Both the position numbers and the translations under genes were made by a program. This document shows positions 30,990-40,551 of a DNA stretch of 64,000 nt, in pieces. The notes beneath the pieces are model-generated. The model searched no databases, had not been told where the DNA came from, and saw only the letters and a list, made by a program, of their open reading frames with translations. Location of the stretch: positions 301,500 through 365,499 of the forward strand of contig CAWIDS010000001.1 in assembly GCA_963834935.1 (NCBI GenBank), given 5' to 3'. The number at the start of each line of letters is the position of its first letter. The stretch's first letter is position 1. Origin of the DNA: Candidatus Nomurabacteria bacterium (GTDB lineage: Bacteria > Patescibacteriota > Minisyncoccia > Phycocordibacterales > CALRBL01).

Positions 30990-32075
30990 CTAGTTGATTG
31001 GATTGATTGGAATTTCAAGTTGAATATTTGAGGTACTTCCTACACTGTCTGTAACCGTTACTGTTGCATTATATATAGCGAAAGGATCTGCCATTGAGGG
31101 TGTTCCTGATATCAATCCGCTGTTTGAAAGGCTTATGCTGTTATTTCCTAAAAATTGACCAGCAGTTACAACCCATGTATAGGGAGGAACGCCGCCTGTT
31201 GCGCTTAGTTGAAAACTATATGATTGATTAACCTTACCCGATGGTAACTCTCCAGCACTTCCTCCAAGCATAGTCATGCCCGCAGTACTAATAGCAAGAG
31301 GTCCTGTATATGATCCTGAACCTTTTTGGCAATAAAGGAGAGATATGTAGGGGTTCATAATATCCATTGCTTGTTGGGGTCCTACTGCATTATCGCTTGT
31401 ATCGAATATGACATCACGGGTAAGCGCGCTGTATGCGTCCTGGTTTGCCTGATCATCTATAAGAACATATGGAGTTCCTTTTTGGGAACTGTCATCTCCG
31501 CGCTCAAACCCATTTATCTGAAGTTTGAATGGAGCTATCTCTGCAGGAACCTGCAGGTGTGTTTCTGCACCGCCTGTGTTTCCAAGAGCCCTTTGGCTCA
31601 ATGAGACTCCATTCTCGTCTGTATTTCCACTTCCCGTTCCGATGATCGTCCGTCCTGAAGCAGGCGCAAATTGGCTCCAGCCGGTAGGGCATGAAGTAAG
31701 ATTGAAAGCCATGACTGCTCCGGTAGGGACTGAAGCAGAAGCCTGCCATGTTCCATTTCCTTGGCTGTCTGAAGTAAGAACATTTCCTGAAGCAGCATTA
31801 AGAGGAATCTGAATACCATTTCCGAAATACCCACTACCAGCAGTAATAAAATTATTTGATGTTAATGTTCCTGCAATATTTAATAGGCTTCCATCTATCA
31901 CAGAGCCATTTTTTGCTTGAGGAATAGCACCAGTGTTGAGAGGAGCATCAACGTTATTGGTCGGAGGGTTGACTGGTGCTGCTGTCCATGTTCCTGCTTG
32001 GACACCGATAACCCCCAATACAAGAATAGAGACAATAACAAGGTTTTTTATGATCTGAATTATTTTTTGTTGCAT
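30990..32075 (-). CDS. Secreted protein with phage tail-collar-like domain and C-terminal Ig (He_PIG-like) domain
   Basis: VPTGAVMAFNLTSCPTGW..GRTIIG..TGGAETH..PYISLLYCQK; LSATGGVPPYTW. Confidence 0.7.
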   Translation of the reverse strand: MQQKIIQIIKNLVIVSILVLGVIGVQAGTWTAAPVNPPTNNVDAPLNTGAIPQAKNGSVIDGSLLNIAGTLTSNNFITAGSGYFGNGIQIPLNAASGNVLTSDSQGNGTWQASASVPTGAVMAFNLTSCPTGWSQFAPASGRTIIGTGSGNTDENGVSLSQRALGNTGGAETHLQVPAEIAPFKLQINGFERGDDSSQKGTPYVLIDDQANQDAYSALTRDVIFDTSDNAVGPQQAMDIMNPYISLLYCQKGSGSYTGPLAISTAGMTMLGGSAGELPSGKVNQSYSFQLSATGGVPPYTWVVTAGQFLGNNSISLSNSGLISGTPSMADPFAIYNATVTVTDSVGSTSNIQLEIPINPIN

Positions 32076-32079
32076 ATAA

Positions 32080-32430
32080 TTATTGATTATTTAATAAGCT
32101 TATAATATCCGCTTTCTGTCTCTCCGATAACGTCTCATTTTTTTGAGCTGTTAATTGTTTTATGATCTGATTTTTTTTAATAGTGGTAAGACTGCTGCTT
32201 GCTGAACCCTGGCTATTCAATTCTGCAATTATTTGGCTTTTTTGTTCTTCTGTGAGGATATTCTTATTGGTTTTGGTGGGGGCATCTTTTATTCTATGAT
32301 CATTTATGCTTGTAACACCTAAAATGATAAAGGAAGTTAATAATGATAATATCGAAAGCCATGCAAGGCGTTTCATTTCATGCTTACCTTTTAGCTTACC
32401 AGTCGCGTTTTGGTTTAATTTGTAAGACAT
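32080..32430 (-). CDS. Small membrane-anchored protein with three short helical repeats
   Basis: TM then LTEEQKSQIIAEL, LTTIKKNQIIKQL, LSERQKADIISLL. Confidence 0.6.
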   Translation of the reverse strand: MSYKLNQNATGKLKGKHEMKRLAWLSILSLLTSFIILGVTSINDHRIKDAPTKTNKNILTEEQKSQIIAELNSQGSASSSLTTIKKNQIIKQLTAQKNETLSERQKADIISLLNNQ

Positions 32431-32437
32431 TTTTTAA

Positions 32438-33670
32438 TTAAAATTCTTTTGCCTGGCCCGAAACATTGCATGTCGCAGTGTTTGAAACTGCGTTTTGTCC
32501 TGCCGCATTCGTAACGCTCAGTTTATAATGCGTAGTATACATGATATTATTCCTTGTTGTTGATCCTGAATTCAATGGACCATATTCGTTCTGCAATATG
32601 TTTCCATCAGACACCCCGCCATCCTTTATGAGGGTGCTCGTTCCTGTTGTCGGGTCAAAATTGGTTATAGACGACCATGATAGCGTGCATTGTCCACCAG
32701 AGGCGATGGTCGCCGGACTTGCAACAAGAGGTCCGATTACCGGACCTGTTCCAGTTCCCGGAGGAGGACATGAGGCTGGAACCGTTATTGATTCAGTATT
32801 TGAATAAGGAGAACATTCTGCAACAACACAAGCGGCGACTGAATAGGTATAAGTAGAGCCTGGCTGGCCCAAGGAATCTGTGAAAGAAGTGACTCCTATG
32901 TTGCTGAAGTTGCTGATTGAACTGTCAGGATTCTCTTTTTGTATATTATAGCTTGTTGCCCCGGAGATGTTTGTCCAGGAGAGGCTGATGCTGCAATTAT
33001 TGCCGCCGCTAAGCGATGGTGGAGAAAGCGTAGGTGCACCAAGACCGTTCGGACAGACGCCATTCGCTGGGGCGCTTCCGTCTGGACAAGGAGCTACACA
33101 GCTGCCGGTCGTCGTATCATTCACTTGTCCTGCCGGGCAAGTATTATTGGTAAGAGAGGCTCCAGACATGTCTATCCACCCTATGTTTGTAGCGCCCCAC
33201 GCATAGCCAATCAAGGGAGTAGATGTAACTCCAGGTGTACTCAAGCTTACTCCGTAACCTGTTCCTCCGAGACTGATCCATCCGTCCCATCCATCTGTCC
33301 TGTCAGCGCTATTGCAATCCTTGTTTACTGTCCCTGAGCATGCTCGGGCCCAACCGGTAAAGGTGTTTCCGCTTAAGATGGCATTTACGCCTAAGGTACC
33401 TCCTCCAGTTGGGAATCCCGAAAGTCCTCCGAATTTTATCCAGCCGATATTAGGCGACCATCCATAACCGCTGACTAATCCTGTCGAACTGACTGTTACT
33501 TGGCTCATATCTATCCAGCCAATCGTGCTTGACCAGGCATATCCGGAAAAGGAACGAGTCGTGTCTGCTTGGGAGATCTTTACTTTATTTGTTTGGCTGA
33601 AAAGATTCAGGCTGAGGAGAGTTATGACTATTACTAAAAGAAAAATCCAAAAAGAGACACTTTTTTTCAT
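32438..33670 (-). CDS. Surface protein with GYAWS/IGWI repeats, Cys-rich linker and FN3-like domain
   Basis: GYAWSSTIGWI, GYGWSPNIGWI, GYAWGATNIGWI; LSWTNISGATSYNI..YTYSVAA; ATG at 33670. Confidence 0.75.
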   Translation of the reverse strand: MKKSVSFWIFLLVIVITLLSLNLFSQTNKVKISQADTTRSFSGYAWSSTIGWIDMSQVTVSSTGLVSGYGWSPNIGWIKFGGLSGFPTGGGTLGVNAILSGNTFTGWARACSGTVNKDCNSADRTDGWDGWISLGGTGYGVSLSTPGVTSTPLIGYAWGATNIGWIDMSGASLTNNTCPAGQVNDTTTGSCVAPCPDGSAPANGVCPNGLGAPTLSPPSLSGGNNCSISLSWTNISGATSYNIQKENPDSSISNFSNIGVTSFTDSLGQPGSTYTYSVAACVVAECSPYSNTESITVPASCPPPGTGTGPVIGPLVASPATIASGGQCTLSWSSITNFDPTTGTSTLIKDGGVSDGNILQNEYGPLNSGSTTRNNIMYTTHYKLSVTNAAGQNAVSNTATCNVSGQAKEF

Positions 33671-33725
33671 ATATACATAATTATATGTCTTGTATACGAA
33701 TGTGTACAGCAAAGGCTTCCATCAA

Positions 33726-33734
33726 TGTGGATAA
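33726..33734. promoter_or_regulatory. Perfect DnaA box upstream of the nusA promoter
   Basis: TGTGGATAA. Confidence 0.55.
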
Positions 33735-33746
33735 CTTTAAGCCAAC

Positions 33747-33814
33747 TTGATTTTTTTGCTCTTTTAAGATACATTAGTGTCGTTCACGTTCGCCGAAAGC
33801 GAACTTGTTTTTTT
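33747..33814 (+). promoter_or_regulatory. nusA promoter and terminator-like leader hairpin
   Basis: TTGATT-17nt-TACATT, then GTTCGC-CGAAA-GCGAAC followed by TTGTTTTTTT. Confidence 0.6.
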
Positions 33815-33837
33815 AATAGAAACTAAGAATTTAAACA

Positions 33838-34998
33838 ATGTTTGATTTAAAAGTAATTCACTCCGTCTTGGACCAGATGGAACAAGAGCGAGGAATTCCA
33901 AAAGAAAAGATAATAGAAGCTATCGAATTGGCTTTGGCTACGGCATACAAGAAGGAATTTGGCAAAAGAGGCCAATATATGAGGGCTCGTTTTGATATTG
34001 ACTCCGGAAAAGTGGAGTTTGAGCAGGTCAAGGTCGTTGTAGACGAGTCAAGCGTCGTTTTTGGCGAAGAAGGCGATGAAATCAAGGATAAAGAGGAAGA
34101 AATCACAGAAGACGGCGTCCTAAAGCTCCGTTTTAACCCAGAGCATCATATTTTGCTTGCTGATGCCCGAAAAATCAAAAAAGACGTCGTTTTAGGCGAT
34201 GAAATGGTATTTCCCCTTGAAAATAAGGCTGATTTTGGCAGAATAGCCGCTCAAACCGCTAAGCAAGTGATCATTCAGAAGATTCGTGAAGCTGAAAAAG
34301 TCTCAGTTTTAGGCGAATTTGGCCAGAGAGAAGGCGAAATTGTCACTGGAAGCGTCCAACGTGTGGAAAGAGGCAATATTTTCATGGATATGGGGCGCGC
34401 TTCAGGAATTCTTCCTTTTGAGGAACAGATTCCTGGCGAGCATTATCGCCAAGGCGAGAAGGTCAGAATGTACCTTTCCCGGGTAGAAGAGACTCCGCGA
34501 GGTATATTCCTGCGTCTTTCAAGGGCTCATCCAAAGTTTTTGACCAAGCTTTTCGAGGCGGAAGTGCCGGAAATCACCTCAGGTGCCGTTGAAGTCAAAG
34601 CGGTAGCCCGCGAAGCAGGATCACGTTCCAAGATAGCTGTTTTTTCCAATGATCCTCATGTTGATCCTGTCGGATCGATGGTCGGGCAGCGCGGGGTTCG
34701 CGTCTCTACCGTCATGAGCGAGCTCGGAGGAGAAAAGATAGATATTATTGAGTGGTCTCCTGAGATTGAAAAATTTATCGAAGACTCTATCTCCCCTGCT
34801 AAAGTGATATCTGTCAAGGTAAATAAAGAAGAAGCTTCGGCTGTTGTAGAGGTCTCGGAAGACCAGCAATCGCTCGCTATCGGAAAAGGAGGACAAAATG
34901 TCCGACTTGCTGCCAAGCTTACAGGATTCAGGATCGATATTCGCTCTGGCAAAGGAGAAGTTGTTGCAGATGCCGCCTCTGAAGAAATTAATAACTAA
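33838..34998 (+). CDS. nusA: Transcription factor NusA
   Basis: FGRIAAQTAKQVI, S1 and KH domains, AREAGSRSKIAV, LAIGKGGQNVRLA. Confidence 0.97.
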   Translation: MFDLKVIHSVLDQMEQERGIPKEKIIEAIELALATAYKKEFGKRGQYMRARFDIDSGKVEFEQVKVVVDESSVVFGEEGDEIKDKEEEITEDGVLKLRFNPEHHILLADARKIKKDVVLGDEMVFPLENKADFGRIAAQTAKQVIIQKIREAEKVSVLGEFGQREGEIVTGSVQRVERGNIFMDMGRASGILPFEEQIPGEHYRQGEKVRMYLSRVEETPRGIFLRLSRAHPKFLTKLFEAEVPEITSGAVEVKAVAREAGSRSKIAVFSNDPHVDPVGSMVGQRGVRVSTVMSELGGEKIDIIEWSPEIEKFIEDSISPAKVISVKVNKEEASAVVEVSEDQQSLAIGKGGQNVRLAAKLTGFRIDIRSGKGEVVADAASEEINN

Positions 34999-35015
34999 TA
35001 CATCATATATATAGT

Positions 35016-35549
35016 ATGTCTATAAATCTATGGAAAGATATTGATCCCGGAACGAAGGATAAGATGACAGTGATCATTGAGATAAACAAAGGCTCGAAGA
35101 ATAAATATGAAATCGACAAAAAGCTCGGTCTAATTGCTTTAGATCGGGTGATGCACACTGCCCAAGATTATCCTTTCGATTATGGTTTCGTACCTCAGAC
35201 ATTGTGGGAAGACGGAGATCCTCTCGATGTTGTTGTTCTTACCACCTATCCTCTTTTTCCTGGGGTATTGGTGACTGTCCGTCCTGTCGCGATCGTTAAT
35301 ATGATCGATTCAGGCGAAAGCGATGCGAAGATAATCGCCGTACCTTGCGAAGATCCGCGATTCGATGATGTACAAGATATCGGAAGCGTGAACAAGCACA
35401 CTCTCAAGGAGATCAAGCACTTCTTCCTCACTTACAAGAAGCTCCAGAACAAGGAAGTCACCATCAGCGGAATCGAAGGGAAAGAAAAAGCCGTCGAAGC
35501 TTTTGAGAAATCTCTCAAGCTTTACAACGAGAAGTTTGCAAGCAAATAG
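35016..35549 (+). CDS. ppa: Family I inorganic pyrophosphatase
   Basis: KNKYEIDK, YPFDYGFVPQT, DGDPLD, DAKIIAV. Confidence 0.95.
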   Translation: MSINLWKDIDPGTKDKMTVIIEINKGSKNKYEIDKKLGLIALDRVMHTAQDYPFDYGFVPQTLWEDGDPLDVVVLTTYPLFPGVLVTVRPVAIVNMIDSGESDAKIIAVPCEDPRFDDVQDIGSVNKHTLKEIKHFFLTYKKLQNKEVTISGIEGKEKAVEAFEKSLKLYNEKFASK

Positions 35550-35558
35550 CAAAAAATT

Positions 35559-36632
35559 ATGCCGTCATTCAAAATAACAAAAAACGAGAAGCTTCCCAAA
35601 TCGGAAGCGGTCATCGAAGGAGAGCTTTCATTGGAAGCGGTAAGTGCTGAAAGGAAGAATGCCTTGAATAAATTCCAAGCCGAGGTCAATCTCGACGGCT
35701 TCAGGAAAGGTCATGTTCCTGAAAAGAAACTTGTTGAAGTCATCGGGGAGCTGGCTATTTTTGAAGAAAGCGCCTCTATCGCTTTGGAAAAGAACTATTT
35801 CGATATCATAAAGGAAGCAAAAGTCTTTCCACTCGGCGCTCCGCGCGTATCGATGATGAAGATCGCTTTAGGCAATCCCGTTGGCTTCAAGATCGAAATA
35901 TCGCTCATTCCTGAGTTCACTCTTCCTGAATTCAAGTCATCAATAAAGGAAGTGAAAGAAAAAGCAGAGCAAGTTGTATTAGAAGATAAAGACGTCGAAG
36001 ACGCGCTTTTAGAGATGCGCCGTTCTTTGGCTCATTATGAAAAACATCATTCGAAAGAAGGCCAAGATCAAGAGCATCATGACCATACAGGAAAAGACAT
36101 TCCCGATGAGGAGCTTCCAGCGCTTGATGATGAATTTGCAAAGAAGGTCGGTAACTTCCCCACTCTGAACGTCCTTCGCGAGAAAGTAAGGGAAAACATG
36201 CTTAATGAAAAGGAAGTGAGAGCTCGGGAAAAGACCCGTCTCCATATGATCGAAAAGATTCTCGAAAAAGTTGAGATTGAAGTTCCTGATGTTTTGGTTC
36301 AGAGCGAGCTCAATAAGATGACGAATGAATTCAAGATGAGCATCGAAAGGATGGGGATAAAATATGAAGAATACCTCGGTCATCTCAAAAAGACACAAGA
36401 CGACCTAAGGGACGAATGGAAAGACGAAGCGCTTAAAAGGTCAAAGATAGAGCTTGTCCTTAATAAGATTTCAGAAGACGAGAAAATAAAGGCAGATGAA
36501 GAAGAAGTAAAGAAAGAATCAAAGAATATCCTTGATCAATACAAGGATGCCGATCCGCTTCGCGTAGAGATTTATGTCGAGACGATGCTGACGAATGAGA
36601 AGGTGTGGCAGTTCTTGGAGAATTTAAACTAA
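35559..36632 (+). CDS. tig: Trigger factor lacking the PPIase domain
   Basis: GFRKGHVP ribosome-binding motif; LPALDDEFAK; 357 aa. Confidence 0.92.
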   Translation: MPSFKITKNEKLPKSEAVIEGELSLEAVSAERKNALNKFQAEVNLDGFRKGHVPEKKLVEVIGELAIFEESASIALEKNYFDIIKEAKVFPLGAPRVSMMKIALGNPVGFKIEISLIPEFTLPEFKSSIKEVKEKAEQVVLEDKDVEDALLEMRRSLAHYEKHHSKEGQDQEHHDHTGKDIPDEELPALDDEFAKKVGNFPTLNVLREKVRENMLNEKEVRAREKTRLHMIEKILEKVEIEVPDVLVQSELNKMTNEFKMSIERMGIKYEEYLGHLKKTQDDLRDEWKDEALKRSKIELVLNKISEDEKIKADEEEVKKESKNILDQYKDADPLRVEIYVETMLTNEKVWQFLENLN

Positions 36633-36633
36633 T

Positions 36634-37350
36634 CTAAAGCATAAGGAATGCGCTTGCTACTATCGCCGCAGTTTCTGCGCGAAGGGTAGCTTTCCCCAAA
36701 GAATATATTTCAGTTTCATAGGACTTGAATAGGGATAATTCATCCTCGCTCCATCCTCCCTCGGGGCCGATGAATATCCCTATTTTTGTTTCATGGCTGA
36801 TAGTAGGGACATAATCGCCGTGAAATGGCTTCCCTTCAAGGTGAAAAGCAAATTTTTTTCCTTCATACCCTCCTAGCGCGTCTTCCAATGAGATGATCTT
36901 GCTGAGAAGCGGGGGAACATCCCTTCCCGATTGCTCAGCCGCCTCGATGGCTATCTTTTGAAGACGTTCGATTTTGAGGTCTTTCTTTTCGCTCCTGTTT
37001 GATATGAAGGGAATGATTTTTGAAATGCCAAGCTCAACAACTTTCTCTGTAACGAGTTCGAAATTACCTTTTTTGATGATTGAAAGGAAAAGAGTCACTT
37101 CCTTTTCGCTTGAAATTTCATTCTTTATCTTTTCTGTGATATTGAAGCTGATTTTTTTTCCAGCGATGCTGATCCGTGAAACGTAATCAAAACCTGAACC
37201 ATCGAAGAGAATGATTTCATCCCCGGTCCGGAAACGGAATACCTTAAGAAGCTGGTGGGCAAGGTCTGGGTCGGGGAGGTCAAAAGAAGAGCCGTTCGAG
37301 CATTGCTCTTCCAGCCTTTTTTCCTTTACATAAAACCGATGACGTCTCAT
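36634..37350 (-). CDS. rsmE: 16S rRNA m3U1498 methyltransferase
   Basis: HQLLKVFR, EKVVELG, EAAEQSGR, IGPEGGW, LRAETA. Confidence 0.95.
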   Translation of the reverse strand: MRRHRFYVKEKRLEEQCSNGSSFDLPDPDLAHQLLKVFRFRTGDEIILFDGSGFDYVSRISIAGKKISFNITEKIKNEISSEKEVTLFLSIIKKGNFELVTEKVVELGISKIIPFISNRSEKKDLKIERLQKIAIEAAEQSGRDVPPLLSKIISLEDALGGYEGKKFAFHLEGKPFHGDYVPTISHETKIGIFIGPEGGWSEDELSLFKSYETEIYSLGKATLRAETAAIVASAFLML

Positions 37351-37429
37351 TTACCTACCTTACCGTGAAACTTGCTCTTATTCAAATTTTAGCTATCCTT
37401 TAGATACCTAACAAATAATTTCAAAAAAC

Positions 37430-37999
37430 ATGTTAATACCAACTGTCATCGAAAAGTCACAATTCGGAGAACGCGCATACGATATCTTTTCCCGTCTGCT
37501 TCGCGAAAGGATCATTTTCTTGGGAGGTCCGATCGACGACAATGTCGCCAATCTGATTATCGCCCAACTCCTTTTCCTTCAATCTGAAGATTCGAAAAAG
37601 GATATCACTTTATACATCAACTCGCCAGGAGGAAGCGTCACAGCCGGCCTTGCAATTATCGACACAATGAATCATATCAAGCCAGATGTCTCTACCCTTT
37701 GCGTCGGCCTTGCTGCCTCGATGGGCGCAGTCATCTTGTCTGCTGGAAAGAAAGGAAAGCGTTTCTCTCTCAAGAATTCAGAAATAATGATTCATCAGCC
37801 GATGGGAGGAGTCGAAGGACAAGCTTCAGATATCGAGATCAGCGCAAAAAGGATTCTCAAGAACCGAGATCTCTTGAACAAGATTCTTGCTTCCAATACC
37901 GGCCAGCCACTTTCGAAGATTGAGAAGGATGTAGACCGGGATTTCTTCATGTCTCCCGAGGAATCGAAGAAGTATGGCATCTTGGACAAAGTTCTCTAA
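37430..37999 (+). CDS. clpP: Clp protease proteolytic subunit
   Basis: [29 protein letters not shown]. Confidence 0.97.
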   Translation: MLIPTVIEKSQFGERAYDIFSRLLRERIIFLGGPIDDNVANLIIAQLLFLQSEDSKKDITLYINSPGGSVTAGLAIIDTMNHIKPDVSTLCVGLAASMGAVILSAGKKGKRFSLKNSEIMIHQPMGGVEGQASDIEISAKRILKNRDLLNKILASNTGQPLSKIEKDVDRDFFMSPEESKKYGILDKVL

Positions 38000-38073
38000 T
38001 TGTTGTATTGTTGAATTGTTATTAAATTAATTTATCCCTTAGGCCGATTGACGGCGGAGGGTGTTGAAAAATC

Positions 38074-39603
38074 ATGGGTTTAAAAATAGTATTCCTACTC
38101 TCGCTCATGGCGGGACTTGTGGGGGTGCTTTTAGGGTATGTGCTTCGTGTGTTGGTGGGTCTTTCAAAAAAAGGATCGATCGAACAAGACCTCAAAGAAA
38201 TGACTTTGAGGGCAGACGAAGAGGCTAAAAGCATTCTCCTTGCCGCCGAAGAAAAGGCGGCCGAGATCCTCAAGACGACCAGAGAGGACATTAAAGAAAA
38301 AGAAGATAACAGCAAGAAGACGGAAGAGCGCTTGATCAAGAAAGAAGAGATGCTCGACAAGAGACAGGTGGATATAGATAAGGAAGTCGAAGAGATAAAG
38401 AAAAGGATAGAAGAAGTGAGGGCAATTAAGGAAAAGACTCTGGCCCTTGAGACTTCACGCCAAAAGGAGCTCGAGCGGATCGCGCGGCTCACTATTGAAG
38501 AAGCGGAAAAAGAACTTTTCACACGCATAGAAAAGCAGAAAGAAGAGGATCTCGTTTCTCGGATGAGAAAGCTTGAGCTTTCCGCTGAGGATGCGCTTGA
38601 AGATAAAGCAAAGAATATTCTTGCTACTACCATCCAACGCCTGGCGAGCTCGGTTTCGGCTGATATGTTCACTACTCATCTCATAATCCCTTCTGATGAG
38701 ATAAAAGGAAAGATCATTGGAAAAGAAGGACGCAATATCAAAGCCTTTGAGCGTGAGACAGGAGTTGAAATCATAGTCGATGATAGTCCTGGAGCGATCA
38801 CTATTTCCTCATTCGACCCTGTTCGCCGCCAGATAGCGAAGATCGCCCTTGAAAATCTCATTGCGGACGGGCGGATCCAGCCTGCGAAGATAGAAAAGGA
38901 AGTCGAAAAGGCCAAAGAAGAGATAAATAAGGTCATAAAACAGAAAGGTGAAGAGGCGGCATACGAATGCGGAGTGCTTAATATGAATCCGCGTATCATT
39001 TCCATCCTCGGAAGACTTCATTATCGCACTAGTTATGGCCAGAACGTGCTCGCCCATTCAGTCGAATGTGCCCATATTGCCGGAATGCTTGCTGAAGAGC
39101 TCGGTGCAAACGTCAGTGTAGCTAAAGCAGGGGCTCTTTTTCACGATATCGGCAAAGCCGTTGACCATGAAGTGCAGGGAACTCATGTGGAAATCGGCAT
39201 ACGTATTCTTGAAAAGTTCGGCGCAAGCGAAGATATCATCAAAGCAATGCGTGCTCATCATGAAGAATACCCTTATGAGACCATCGAATCAGTCATTGTA
39301 CAGACAGCAGATGCCATTTCTGGAGGCCGTCCGGGGGCCCGCAAAGATAATGTCGAGAATTACATCAAGCGTTTGCAGGACCTAGAGGCTATATCCACCT
39401 CATTTAAGGGTGTCGAGAAGTCCTATGCCCTCGCAGCAGGCCGAGAAATAAGGGTTTTTGTCTATCCTCAGCAGATTTCCGACCTTGAATCGGTGAATCT
39501 TGCCCGTGACATTGCGGTGAAAGTCGAGCAAGAGCTGAAGTATCCTGGAGAGATAAAAGTGATGGTCATTCGCGAGACGCGATCCGTTGAATTCGCAAGA
39601 TAA
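38074..39603 (+). CDS. rny: Ribonuclease Y
   Basis: N-terminal TM, coiled coil, KH (KGKIIGKEGRNI), HD (HDIGK), ADAISGGRPGAR. Confidence 0.97.
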   Translation: MGLKIVFLLSLMAGLVGVLLGYVLRVLVGLSKKGSIEQDLKEMTLRADEEAKSILLAAEEKAAEILKTTREDIKEKEDNSKKTEERLIKKEEMLDKRQVDIDKEVEEIKKRIEEVRAIKEKTLALETSRQKELERIARLTIEEAEKELFTRIEKQKEEDLVSRMRKLELSAEDALEDKAKNILATTIQRLASSVSADMFTTHLIIPSDEIKGKIIGKEGRNIKAFERETGVEIIVDDSPGAITISSFDPVRRQIAKIALENLIADGRIQPAKIEKEVEKAKEEINKVIKQKGEEAAYECGVLNMNPRIISILGRLHYRTSYGQNVLAHSVECAHIAGMLAEELGANVSVAKAGALFHDIGKAVDHEVQGTHVEIGIRILEKFGASEDIIKAMRAHHEEYPYETIESVIVQTADAISGGRPGARKDNVENYIKRLQDLEAISTSFKGVEKSYALAAGREIRVFVYPQQISDLESVNLARDIAVKVEQELKYPGEIKVMVIRETRSVEFAR

Positions 39604-39708
39604 AATCGAAGTTGACAAGCTATTTGCATATAAAATGGCTTACTATATAATAATTTGAGACATCACATAACGCTGGTCGAATTATTATCAATCAAATTTT
39701 GTCATAAC

Positions 39709-39981
39709 ATGAATAAAGCAGATCTCGTAGACGCAATTCAGAATCAGCTTCAAGGAACAAAAGTTCAGGCAGAACAAGTTGTTGATCTCATCATCAGCTC
39801 CATTACCGGAACTTTGAAGAAAGGAAAAGAAGTCTCAATCGCAGGTCTTGGCATTTTCCAGGCAAAGGAACGGGCAGCTCGAACAGCTCGAAATCCTCGA
39901 ACAGGAGAATCAATCAAGGTTGCAGCAATGCGCGTTCCTAAATTCCGAGCAGCAAAGGCTCTGAAAGACGCCGTTAAATAA
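39709..39981 (+). CDS. hup: DNA-binding protein HU
   Basis: MNKADLV, GLGIF, RTARNPRTGE, PKFRAAKALKDAV. Confidence 0.95.
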   Translation: MNKADLVDAIQNQLQGTKVQAEQVVDLIISSITGTLKKGKEVSIAGLGIFQAKERAARTARNPRTGESIKVAAMRVPKFRAAKALKDAVK

Positions 39982-39997
39982 TAATTTGTTTCCACTT

Positions 39998-40041
39998 ACA
40001 AAAAGGCCACCCAAGAGAATATCGCGGAGTGGCCTTTTTGT
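39998..40041. terminator. Terminator after hup (possibly bidirectional)
   Basis: ACAAAAAGGCCAC ... GTGGCCTTTTTGT inverted repeat. Confidence 0.75.
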
Positions 40042-40068
40042 TGGTAATTTGCTAGGATATCTCGTACT

Positions 40069-40139
40069 GCAGGTATGGTTTAGTGGTAGAACACGTCCTT
40101 GCCAAGGACGAGACGAGAGTTCGATTCTCTCTACCTGCA
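40069..40139 (+). tRNA. tRNA-Gly(GCC)
   Basis: GCAGGTA/TACCTGC acceptor stem, CGTCC-TTGCCAA-GGACG, GAGAGTTCGATTCTCTC. Confidence 0.95.
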
Positions 40140-40149
40140 CAAAAAATAA

Positions 40150-40443
40150 CTATTTGCACAATTCGACCAGTGCTTCTCTGCTATCTTCCTTCTCTACTTT
40201 GTTTGATCTCTCGAAGCCACACTTCTGGCACTGAAGAAGTATCTTTTCCTTGTCTCCCATTTTCTGATATCCGATCGGTTTCATCATTCCCTGGCATTCC
40301 TCAAGCCTATCACCCGGATTTATATCCACATGTTTGCTCCAGAGGCATTTTGGGCAATGGTTGGTGTAACCAGTCCCCTGCACTTCCACGCCGCAATGCT
40401 GACAGATGAAATTCTCAATTGTGCGGGTGAATTTTTTTGCCAT
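40150..40443 (-). CDS. RNHCP-domain zinc-binding protein
   Basis: FICQHCG, YTNHCPKCLWSKHVD..PGDR, CQKCG. Confidence 0.9.
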   Translation of the reverse strand: MAKKFTRTIENFICQHCGVEVQGTGYTNHCPKCLWSKHVDINPGDRLEECQGMMKPIGYQKMGDKEKILLQCQKCGFERSNKVEKEDSREALVELCK

Positions 40444-40494
40444 AGTTATTTTGCTTAGATTAGCCTATGTTAGCTCATATTGAAAATCGAGCAA

Positions 40495-40543
40495 CAAAAA
40501 ACCTCCGACACGTTCCCACTTGCGTGGTACTTGTGCCGGAGGT
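40495..40543 (-). terminator. Intrinsic terminator of the MYG1-like gene
   Basis: ACCTCCGACAC ... GTGCCGGAGGT stem with a T-run on the minus strand. Confidence 0.65.
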
Positions 40544-40551
40544 AGGTGCGT

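Noticed and set aside
38022-38672. Long antisense ORFs opposite rny, polA, cca and the P-type ATPase
   Set aside because: Shadow frames of well-supported genes with no independent motifs
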